NCBI GenBank assembly: GCA_963796965.1 | Contig: CAWCNS010000005.1 | Coordinates: 640,001-704,000 of the forward strand | Reading direction: 5' to 3' | Length of the DNA stretch: 64,000 nucleotides | Source: Calditrichia bacterium | Lineage (GTDB): Bacteria > Calditrichota > Calditrichia > JAJRVZ01 | Shown: positions 23,374-33,393 of the stretch, in pieces | Numbering within the stretch: position 1 is the first letter of the stretch | How the letters are laid out: every line of letters starts with the position of its first letter | Program-made: the position numbers and the translations under genes | Notes under the pieces: model-generated | Told to the model about the DNA's origin: nothing | What the model saw: the letters and a program-made list of their open reading frames with translations, nothing else | Databases searched by the model: none

Positions 23374-25456
23374 TTAGCGAATAATCACCTCATCTAAAAA
23401 CACCCACGCTTTACCCCCTGCTCCCTTATGCCACTCAGGACAAATACCAATATTCACAACTTTTATCTTTATATATCTGACTTTTAAATTTATATCATTT
23501 AGCGCAATATCTCGTATCGTTTTCTTATTATTTTGCTCACGGGCTTCTGGTGCGATATGCCTTAATTCGGTAAATGCCTGACCGTTAGTAGAAACAGAGA
23601 ACTCAATCCTTTCCGGTAGAAAAATCCAATAATTCTGATTTTGCAATAAACCCAGTTTAATTTCTTTAATCATCTGTTCATTTTTCAGATCAATCAGGAG
23701 TTCTATATCTTTTTCTTCAACGCCCACCCAATAGCCATCATCATGGGCAGATGAAGCCCTTATCCCATCCGTTAATCCTGATGGACCATCTTTGCTATAT
23801 TTTACTTCTACATCACTTATCAAACTCACTTTTGCACCAACTCCCATATGGTTAACACTTGTGGTATCAAAAATGGTATTTCTAACTTTCATAGCCCGCC
23901 AGATATCGGGATAAACATCATTTTTTTGTGGTATGCCCGGTGTACTTCGGCCTTCATCCACATACTTTTCCAGCAAACGGATCATTCTATTGGCTATATC
24001 CGGATACTTAGCATAAACATTGTTTTTTTCTCCCCTATCCTTGTCTATATTATAGAGTTGCAGCATGGGCATATTTTCCATCATCGCCCGTTCCGGAGAG
24101 AGTGACCACCCGCCTGACCCCGGACAGATGGCCAGTTTCCAGTCACCTTTCCGGATGGCAAATGATCCGTCAACTGAATGATGGACCGTAGCTTCACGAA
24201 TTGGATCATCGTAATCTTCCCCCAGCAAAGCGGATAGAATGTTATAGTTATCTTCCCCGGCATCTTCAGGAAGATCTTCATTAAGGAGTGCTGCTGTAGT
24301 CGCAAAAAGATCTGTTAGGCAAATCGTTTCCTTTGAGGTGGTTCCGGGTGAAATTTTTCCAGGCCAACTAGGCAATAAAGGGTACCCGATGGCCACCCTC
24401 CCAGATATCTGATTTAATACCCCGGTAAATATAGCTGGGATAATGACCGAATTTATTGACGGATGAGGTTGCCCCCTCCATGTTAGTCCCATCCCGTCCT
24501 GGTGAACCATTATCACTGGTAAATATAATGAGTGTGTTTTCATCCATTCCGGTTTCATGCAGAGTCTGCATCAGATGACCAACAATATGATCAATTTGAA
24601 AAACAAAATCCCCGTAAGCACCAGCATCACTTTTTCCCTGGTAATCAGGAAGAGGTGCAATTGGGGTATGCGGTGCCGTTAATGGAAAATAAAGAAAAAA
24701 AGGTTGGCCGGCAGTGGATCGTTCCTCAATATAGGTAACCGCCTTATTTTCTAATTCGGATAAAATAGGCTCCAACGTCCAATCTTCAAGCATGATCCCG
24801 GGAACGCCATATAAGGTGGATGGTTTTTCAAGAGAAGGGATTCCAAGGGTCCGATCATTCTCAATAAAACAATAGGGAGGATAATTTGGTACATCAACAC
24901 CAAAATAATAATCAAAACCACGATAGATGGGACCATTTTGAATGGGGCGGTTAAAATCCACATTCCAGCCAAACTCAGATCCTGTCGTCTCCAGGGGCTT
25001 GCCATCCTTTCCCGGCCACTCCCAACCCAAATGCCATTTACCAATACAAGCCGTGTGATATCCCTGGATTTTAGAAAAATTCCGCGCACCGTTAACCTAT
25101 CTACTATCGATAAGCGGACGATCATAACTCCAGAGAACCCCCTGTTGCAGGGTTGTCCGCCAGGCATAACGTCCGGTTAAGACACCATAACGTGTAGGGG
25201 AGCATACCGCTGAACCGGAATGGGCATCCGTAAAGGTGATTCCCTGACCTGCAAGCCGGTCAATATTAGGGGTTGGAATTTTCGAATCAGGATTAAGGTA
25301 ACCAATATCTCCATAACCCAGATCATCTGCTAATATGTAGATAATATTCGGCGTTTGCTCACTTGAATTTTGACTTAAACATGTCACTGTGAAGAACAAA
25401 ATAATCCATAGTATTTTTGAGCGGACGTGTCTATACTGATTCACTTTAATCCCCAA
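23374..25456 (-). CDS. Arylsulfatase with C-terminal F5/8-type C (discoidin/CBM32-like) domain (several frameshifts)
   Basis: PNIIYILADDLGYGD, CSPTRYG, APHTP, SDNG, WEGGHRVPFI; C-terminal LTDG..YWVG..IDL..RYIKI..WVFLDEV; indels near 25060-25100 and 24370. Confidence 0.82.
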
Positions 25457-25678
25457 ATTAAGAAAAATATTTTGATTAAATACGATCTAAAATATTAAGA
25501 GACCTACTTGATAAATACAACCCTAATTTACACTTTCAACATACACATGCTTCATATAGATTGTTAGCGTTGTATTAAAACCGGGAATTGATTATTTTGA
25601 TTTGAATACCACAATAAAAGTTAATCAAATATGTCCTCCTGTTTTTAATTATAAGATAATATTTATCGGGGTAAAATA

Positions 25679-27397
25679 ATGAGTTGGATTTTTGGTATCA
25701 GAGGAAAATCCACAGACAAAATGATTATCAGAATCAAGGATCTTCTTCCCTCAAACTATATAGAGGTAAAAACTAATAATTTGCATATGTTCTCCAGCAA
25801 ACCAAATGATACCACTTTTTTCAATATGACATCCGATGCATCTACCGGTTTTATGGTCTGTGGTCTGGGAATTAAAACAGTAAATGATCAGATAAATTTC
25901 ATGAATACCGCGGACTGGAAAGGGATCCTTAACGGGAGCATTGAAAATACAAGAAAACTAAATGGACATTTTACGGGAATTAAGTGGACGAGCGGCAGTA
26001 CGATTTTATTTACAGACGTTTTAGGTCTTCGAGAAATGTATCTGGCCGAGATAGATGGTACTCTGATCTTTTCGACCCATTTAAATTGGATAACAAAGAT
26101 AAGCGGATACTGTGACGTAGATTTTAAGCAGTTTGGAGCTGTATGGAATAGTTTTAATCAGATCTCACATAAGAATGTTATTTCTAAGATGCAAAGATTA
26201 GGGCCAGGTTCAATTGCTGTTTTAGACAATACTACCGTACACTATGACCGCAAACCCTGGCTACCGGACAGTTCTCTATCTGCTTCTCCAGAGCAATTAA
26301 AGGACAAGATAAACAAGTTCACACTCTTCCCCCTGGCCAACAATCGATCGATATCGTTAGGACTCTCGGGCGGAATTGATTCCCGTGTCCTGATCAAGAT
26401 TTTATCATCTCAACCAAATGATAACTGGAGCCTGCATACATTTGGAGACCCGGGTCACCCGGACATAAGAATTGCCGGAGAGATCTGCAAAAAACTTCAT
26501 AAAGAACTGGTCGTACTCAATACAGATTTACCCGACCCAAATGAATGTGTTCAGTGGATTAAAAATCACTTCGGACAAAACACCGTTCATATGCCAGCTT
26601 CCGAAATCATGAGATTAAGATGGTATCTCCCTCTCAGACAACAGGATAAAGTCGTAATAGACGGTGGTTTTGGTGAAATTGCCCGCAGGCAATATCTTAA
26701 CCGTTTGCTGTTAAAGGGTAAAAAAGCCCTGATAAACAAGGACAGTGAGACCATAGCAAATCATCTAAGACATCATAGAGCGGACATATTTAATTTTGAC
26801 ACAAAAAGCGAAATGGAACACGGTTATTATCTACAACTGGATGAATATATTGGTGATAGTCCCGATATAACTAAATTTGGAATGGAAAATTGGGTAGATC
26901 TTCTAGCTATACGCACACGACTATCAAACTGGTTTGGTTTTGCTCAGGCTTGTGTTGATGGGTTGGCAACGAACTATATGCCCTTTGGCCAAAAGGATGT
27001 GATAAATGATATTTTAAATCTCCCGCTTCACCTCAGAAAAAACGGAAAATTATGGCGAAATATGATTAAAGATTCACCGATGGATCTGGCGAGTTTTCCA
27101 CTTGTAAAGGGAACAATTACCTATCCTTTTAATATATCTACCTTAGGGGCATTGGCCTGGACATCTGCTAAAAAAATGGCAGGTATGTACTATAGAGATT
27201 TTGAATCCGTGCTTTTTATTGATCATATGAAAGAATGTATTTTGGATTTTGTCAACTCTGAAAATGTCAAATCGTACCCGCATTACGATTACCCATCCAT
27301 AAAAAACATGATAGATAAATATTTTGCAGGTGAGAAACAGTTAGCCAGACAAATTGATTGGTGGCTTGCCTTTGAACTATGGCGAAGATCTTTGTAA
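25679..27397 (+). CDS. Asparagine synthetase-like (AsnB/Ntn plus ATP-PPase) protein
   Basis: LNGHF, TDVLGLRE, LSGGIDSR PP-loop, DGGFGEIAR; AsnB-like length; residue 2 is Ser, not Cys. Confidence 0.75.
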   Translation: MSWIFGIRGKSTDKMIIRIKDLLPSNYIEVKTNNLHMFSSKPNDTTFFNMTSDASTGFMVCGLGIKTVNDQINFMNTADWKGILNGSIENTRKLNGHFTGIKWTSGSTILFTDVLGLREMYLAEIDGTLIFSTHLNWITKISGYCDVDFKQFGAVWNSFNQISHKNVISKMQRLGPGSIAVLDNTTVHYDRKPWLPDSSLSASPEQLKDKINKFTLFPLANNRSISLGLSGGIDSRVLIKILSSQPNDNWSLHTFGDPGHPDIRIAGEICKKLHKELVVLNTDLPDPNECVQWIKNHFGQNTVHMPASEIMRLRWYLPLRQQDKVVIDGGFGEIARRQYLNRLLLKGKKALINKDSETIANHLRHHRADIFNFDTKSEMEHGYYLQLDEYIGDSPDITKFGMENWVDLLAIRTRLSNWFGFAQACVDGLATNYMPFGQKDVINDILNLPLHLRKNGKLWRNMIKDSPMDLASFPLVKGTITYPFNISTLGALAWTSAKKMAGMYYRDFESVLFIDHMKECILDFVNSENVKSYPHYDYPSIKNMIDKYFAGEKQLARQIDWWLAFELWRRSL

Positions 27398-27451
27398 GCG
27401 AATCAAAGTGATACGAAAATAATATCCCTAATATTTAGTTTTGTAGAGATA

Positions 27452-29116
27452 TCATAAACCTTTAATAATCGGACCGGGTGTCCAAAAATCAGGCTGAAAG
27501 GCAATAATTTCTTTACCCTTGTTTTTTACATCACTATAAAATTCCTCACCTCCGTGATTTTTTCTTTCATAACCGGACTAAACCTCTCCCTATCACATTC
27601 CAGATAAGGTCCATAGTACCAACTATTGGTTACCAAATAGGTAACATCCTCAGCCTGTAATTCTTCCACTGACTTTCTTCTATATCCTGACATCTGATTT
27701 TCATAGAGATTATCACCATCATGTATCGGGGATTGATGCAAAATTACAACAGGTACATTTGAGATGTTTCTGGGGTGCTTTTGATAGGGAAGTAAACGCC
27801 GTTTAATTTCCTCTGGAAGTTGCCCGCTGCTTGCGCCGTATTCTGTATAGCGATGCACATCGAACAATCCCAGATCAAAAGTATAATGATCATAACAGAT
27901 TTTTGTGTTCCCCGCCAGGTTATTCTTTAGCCATTCCGTAGCCTTCTCCCTTGTATCCATATTCAATGCCAGAATATTTTGATGGACAGACATTAATAAC
28001 GAAGGAAGAAACACGAGAACAATCAAAGTATTTCTCAGCAATTTTTGCTTTTCTAATTTTCCCCATACCTGGTCCAGCCACATACTAAACAAAACAATCC
28101 ATGCCGGAAAAATGGCAAATAAATAATCTACACCTTTTTTTTGCCAACTTCCTACATAGAGAAATGTAACAAGTAGAGGAATTAGCATTATCAGGTGAAG
28201 GGGTTTTCTTTTTATTAAAAAAAACAGAGTACTGACAAAAAACCCTATCCCAATAACAAGTTCATGGGATAATAATTTCTCTAATTTCCCAGATATAGTT
28301 TAATCCGAATTCCAACGATACGGCGCTTTGCATCTGGGTGGACATCAATATATACCCATCATAAAAGTCAGAAAATCTGAGTAGCCAAAGTGGATTAAAA
28401 ACCAGAAATCCCACAATGATGGCAAAAATGGAGGCGGAGCCATATTTCCACAAATTTTCACGCCTATGTTCTATCCAATGCAGAATAATTAATGTAAATA
28501 ATCCCAAAACCAGAAAACCGGCATTATATTTCATACCTATAGCCAGACCAATAAAAAAACCTGATAATAGGTAATTTTTTCTGGATGCGCTCCTGTATGT
28601 TTCTAATAAGGTCAGTATTGCCAATGTAGAAAAAAGTATTAATAACGTGTCAGAAACAGCAAAACGGCTAAATTGAATATAATAATATCTGAAAGCGGAT
28701 AAAGACTGCGGCAAAGCGGGCTGTAGTTTCACCAAATAATTTTTGAGATCGAACATAGAGTATGAGTACTGTTAGGAGAGAGAATAAGATATTAGTCACG
28801 CGGCCGGCAAGATAGAATAATGACGGATCAATTAAATACCGGATGGCAAAGTCACCCGTATTACTAAATATCCCAATTACTGTCCCTGAAATATAGAGAA
28901 CACCATAGAGTCCTGCCAAAATATACATATAGGCCGTTGGATAAATATATATAAGCGGATCAATTGACTGTCTGGCCCCCATCCCCAGCGTCGTTTTAGA
29001 AAGAAAGTATTCAGTAGAGTTATAGGCTGCCGGCAATCCCAAAGAGTCAATCCTCTACAGAAGGCAGATAAGAGAACAATCCAGATAAAGTGATTTTTTT
29101 TCAATAATTTGTCCAT
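27452..29116 (-). CDS. Membrane glycosyltransferase, ArnT/PMT (GT-C fold) type (several frameshifts; 3' end approximate)
   Basis: YPTAYMY..YLAGR..S.LTV, GLAIGMKYNAG, FNPLW and DTREKATEWL motifs spread over 4 adjacent hydrophobic ORFs. Confidence 0.65.
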
Positions 29117-29119
29117 TTG

Positions 29120-29433
29120 TTAATTAATTACAGGCAGATCAGGCAGCGCCACTTCTTTAACTGTATCTTTCTCTCTTGGTAAATCTGCCCCCGTATTTTT
29201 AAGCCAATATATCAGTAAGTTCCTCAATTTTCCCACTATTTCCGGATTCGATCCAGCCAGATGCTATTTTCTCCTATATCCTCAGCCAGATTATAAAGTT
29301 CCCATTGCCGGGTTTCATAATAAAAAAGAAGTTTATAGTCTCCTTTGTAACGACTGAAACCGGTGTGGTCCGAAATCCAATTGCCCATCTTTGCCAGTGC
29401 GTCCATTGAGATAAGCAGGAAAATGCCAAAGAG
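29120..29433 (-). pseudogene. Remnant 3' end of a sulfatase gene, paralogous to the adjacent sulfatase C-terminus
   Basis: Reads [73 protein letters not shown] across frames, closely matching 29522-29840. Confidence 0.85.
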
Positions 29434-29521
29434 TTCAAAGAGCCCTAATACCCGCAGACAAAGGGCGGTTATCACTAAGAATCCAGATAAAATTATATTT
29501 TTTCAATTGCTGTCCAGATTA

Positions 29522-31068
29522 TTATTTGTCTACCAATGGATCCGGCAGGGCCACTACTTCTCCGGTGACTTTTTCCCGTGGCAAATCAGCCCCTGTATCC
29601 TTTAGCCATGTGACCAGTAAAGTCCCCAACTCGGTTACCTTTTCAGTATTAATTTTGGCCAGATTTTCGCTCTCACCAATGTCAGCAGCAAGATCATACA
29701 GTTCCCAATGACGCGTTTCATAATAATAGATAAGTTTAAAGTCACCTTTTCTTATAACAGAAACCGGGGTTGTTCGAAAATCCAGCCGGCCATCCTTACC
29801 CTTGCGGGCATTGAGATAAGCGGGGAAATGCCAATAAAGCGCTCTTTCTTCCATTTTCCCATCAACAAGTGTTGGGACAAGACTAAGGCCGTCTAACAGT
29901 GTATTTTCCGGTTTTTCTGCCTTCGCAACCTCAACCAGGGTTGGATAAAAATCTACCGTTATCACTGGGTTATGATTAATACTGCCCGCTTTCCATCACC
30001 CCATCCCAGCGAACAATCAACGGAACACGTATCCCACCCTCCTTAAGAGATCCTTTCCCATCGCGCAAAGGAAATTGATCGGTTATTTCTAATCCGGTTA
30101 TACCGGAGCGTTCAAATCCACCAAGACCACCATTATCAGAATAAAAAATGACCATGGTATTTTCAATAAGTTTTTTATTTAAATTATTGGGATCATTAGT
30201 CGTTTCGAGAAAGGCTATCAGCCTACCGATATTATCATCAAAACTTTTTATAAAACCGGCATAGGTCTGATTGTCATGATACTTTGTTTTAGATTTTGTA
30301 TCAAAATAGTGCTATATCCTCTGCTGGTGCTGAGATAGGTGTGTGTACAGCAAAAAAGGACATATAGACAAAAAATGGCTGGCCTTTATTCGCTTCCATA
30401 AAATCTAATGCGTTTCCTGTAATACGATCATCGAGCCACTCTCCGGCCTTTCCGTTTGGGGGAAGACCGGGCATGAGGGGTGCATTTCTCTTTGCCGGAA
30501 ACGCGCCCTCTCCATTGGCGAAAAAGCCACCCGTAGAGCCGCCAATATTGGTTCCGGCAATATTAATATCAAATCCTTGTTGATCAGGCAACCCTCCTCC
30601 GTGATGACCTCCAAGGTGCCATTTCCCAAAATGGCCAGTCGCATAACCAGCCTCTTTTAGGACTTCTGCCAGCATAACCTGCTCAAGATCTAGATAGAGT
30701 TTATTATCTGCCGCTTCCAACCCTCTTTGCTCAGGTTTGGAGCGGTTTGGATCCGATACGGTGTACATTTTCGTGCGTGTGCCATACTGCCCGCTCATCA
30801 GGGAAGCGCGTGTGGGGGCACAATTGGGTCCACAGGTATACGCATTGGTAAAAGACATACCCTTTGAAGCCAATTTATCCACATTGGGGGTTTCATAATA
30901 ATTGCTACCATGTCCCAGATTTGGAGAACCGGTACTGACATCTGTCCAGCCTAAATCATCGACGATGATGAAGAGAATATTTGGTTTATCGGTGCTCTCA
31001 CCTCCCCCCATCATGCAAGATGTTGAGACGATCATAAATATCAGAGCAATGAAATTACGTTTTCTCAT
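29522..31068 (-). CDS. Sulfatase (S1, Cys-type), lipoprotein (frameshifts near 30300 and 29995)
   Basis: [38 protein letters not shown] and LYWHFP motifs. Confidence 0.85.
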
Positions 31069-31568
31069 ATTTATCCCAATAAAAAGGGGTAATTTTAAAA
31101 ATTATCATATTTAATTCCCAATTTAGAACTCCAAAATATTAGATAATAGTTAATCACCAAAATCTTCATGGTTTTTGTGTTTCCTACGTGCTCCCTTATT
31201 ACTTCATGACGGACCACGAACATACCACGAAGTCCAGGATACTAATCGAGAGTCCAGTATCGATATTCCATATTTATATATGATGAATTAAATATTACTC
31301 AGGAAAGTGCAAAAATACAAGGTAGGTGTCATGACAGAGATTTCTCGTATCTCGTATCGTGTGTCTCTCATTTACTCAGACAGGATCACAGGATTTACAA
31401 GATTTACAGGATTTCATTTTAGTATTTTTGATTTGGAATTATGGATTTTGGAGAAACCAAACATCCTAAAATCCAAATTCCGAATTCCGAAATATATTAT
31501 CCTGTAAATCCTGCCTGTCCCGTCGGGGTGATCATGTCAAAATTTTTATCCCTGTTATACATTTTATG

Positions 31569-33203
31569 CTATCTCACGAGTACCATTTTCTTCACCTCCG
31601 TAAACTCTCCAGCCTTGATCCGGTAGAGATAAACCCCTGAAGAAAGATCACTGCCGTCAAACTGATACGTGTGTTTGCCCGCCTTTTGTTTATCATTGAC
31701 AAGTGTAGCAATTTTTTGTCCAAGAAGATTATATACACTCAGTTCAACCTCACTGCTCAGGGGTAACTGATAACTGATCATTGTTTTTGGATTAAAGGGA
31801 TTTGGATAGTTTTGACGTACTTGGAATTTCTGTGGGAATGAGACCTCTTCAATATTTGTGACAGTAACGGGTGCACTAAATTCTGATGTATTCCCAAGGC
31901 TATCACGTGCCGTAGCGGTAATATAGGGCAATTCCGTTAAGCCTGGGACTGATACTGTAAACTTACCCTGTAAATCTGTCATAGTTGAATCGATAAAGAT
32001 TTGACCTTCATCATCGGAATCAGCAAATATCTCAATTATCTGAATGGCTCCTGCCGTACCTTTTATCTCATTTGTTGAAACCGAAGTAAGGACAGGGGGA
32101 GTTAGTTCTGCATTTCCGCCATTTCTATTGTCGATACCAGGGCCATTATTTTGCGAAATAGAATTGCGGGTGATAATATTTCCCTGACAACTCAAACTGT
32201 CAACAACAATCCCAGCTACAGTATTATACCCGATGACATTCTCAATTATTAAATTATTGGACGACCTGGCATAGACAAATACCCCGCTCCCATTTCCAAA
32301 ATCAGATTCCATCGATGCATTCGTTCCCAGAAAATTATTCGCGATAATATTATGATTTGATCTTATAATTGTAATCCCGTCACTATTTGCACCAATGTAA
32401 TTATCAAATATCTCGTTAAAATCACACCCCCTTTCCAGATCGATCCCCCGTAAATAATTACCGATAGGGGCAGTTTTATCACGGTTCAAACCGATATAAT
32501 TGCCAACAATTATATTATGTTGAGCCGAGTCAGCCAAAAAGATACCTGATTGGGTATTTCCCGAAATAATATTGGGATACGCGTATTCTGTGGGCCCGAT
32601 ATGAACACCCTGCACTTTATTCCAAACCGCGATTCCAAATTTGTTCCCGGCTGCATTCGTCCCGGAATAATCTGTTCCAATATAACATCCGGAGACCCTG
32701 CCAAATCCCGGAGCATAAAATATAATGGCAACACTTCCAAAATTATTAATGGTTAATCCATATAACGCCGTACCTTCTGCCCTCGTAATAAAACAAGACG
32801 AATGAGTCCTAGCATTACTGCCATCGATCACAATCTCAGGGCCGTCAGGATTTGTATCCTCACCAATAAAAACAGACTGAGAGAAACCATCAATCGTCAA
32901 TCCGTTATCAACAATATGTTCATAGGCACTGTCGGGCTGAATCACCCATATACCTTTGTTGGCATCATATCCCGGATCGGTTTTTGGAATTTTAAAGCGG
33001 ATAATATTATTGTTTAAATGCAGAAGTGTATTCGCTTCGAAAATGGCTTCACGAAGTGATCCGGGACCGGCATCATTTGTATTGGTGACCGCTCTTTCTT
33101 CAAGAATTTTGTCTCCGGTATTTGATTTCTGTGAATAGATGGTAGTTATAGAACTAATTAACAAAATGAGTGTGAGGCACAAAGAAAAGCACATAGTTTT
33201 CAT
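31569..33203 (-). CDS. Secreted parallel beta-helix repeat protein with C-terminal sorting (T9SS/FlgD-like) domain
   Basis: VTNTNDAGPGSLREAI, repeated N/G/I-rich units (NIISGN, GNYIG), TATARDSLGNTSEFS, CTD QNYPNPFNP..SSGVYLYRI..KKMVLVR; ATG 33203 with AAGGAG RBS. Confidence 0.8.
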   Translation of the reverse strand: MKTMCFSLCLTLILLISSITTIYSQKSNTGDKILEERAVTNTNDAGPGSLREAIFEANTLLHLNNNIIRFKIPKTDPGYDANKGIWVIQPDSAYEHIVDNGLTIDGFSQSVFIGEDTNPDGPEIVIDGSNARTHSSCFITRAEGTALYGLTINNFGSVAIIFYAPGFGRVSGCYIGTDYSGTNAAGNKFGIAVWNKVQGVHIGPTEYAYPNIISGNTQSGIFLADSAQHNIIVGNYIGLNRDKTAPIGNYLRGIDLERGCDFNEIFDNYIGANSDGITIIRSNHNIIANNFLGTNASMESDFGNGSGVFVYARSSNNLIIENVIGYNTVAGIVVDSLSCQGNIITRNSISQNNGPGIDNRNGGNAELTPPVLTSVSTNEIKGTAGAIQIIEIFADSDDEGQIFIDSTMTDLQGKFTVSVPGLTELPYITATARDSLGNTSEFSAPVTVTNIEEVSFPQKFQVRQNYPNPFNPKTMISYQLPLSSEVELSVYNLLGQKIATLVNDKQKAGKHTYQFDGSDLSSGVYLYRIKAGEFTEVKKMVLVR

Positions 33204-33265
33204 TTTTTTACTCCTTTTGCATACTACGGTAGTGTAAAAAATAACCACAGAGTTATTAAGATTAA

Positions 33266-33271
33266 AGTCAA
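33266..33271 (-). promoter_or_regulatory. -35 hexamer (TTGACT) of the predicted circle-junction promoter of the IS110
   Basis: Joining the right end to the left end through one CT core places TTGACT exactly 17 nt before TATGTT (34950-34955). Confidence 0.7.
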
Positions 33272-33393
33272 GAGAAACTGACCTCAATGTATGTCAGTCT
33301 CTCTTGTAAAAATTTACTCGTTCTTTGACAATTCTAAGATTCCGTATTATTTTATAAGCACTACTTGAGGGAAGAGGAAATTCTGATCCCGCA

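Noticed and set aside
25679..27397. AsnB-like gene as a lasso peptide cyclase
   Set aside because: No precursor, RRE/PqqD or transglutaminase-like peptidase gene nearby
33203..33271. IS-derived hybrid promoter driving the beta-helix gene
   Set aside because: TTGACT is followed at 16-18 nt by TGTGGT/GTGGTT/TGGTTA, none a credible -10
33204..33287. ORF-track start of the beta-helix gene at 33287
   Set aside because: It lies inside the IS110 right end; ATG 33203 has an RBS and a signal peptide
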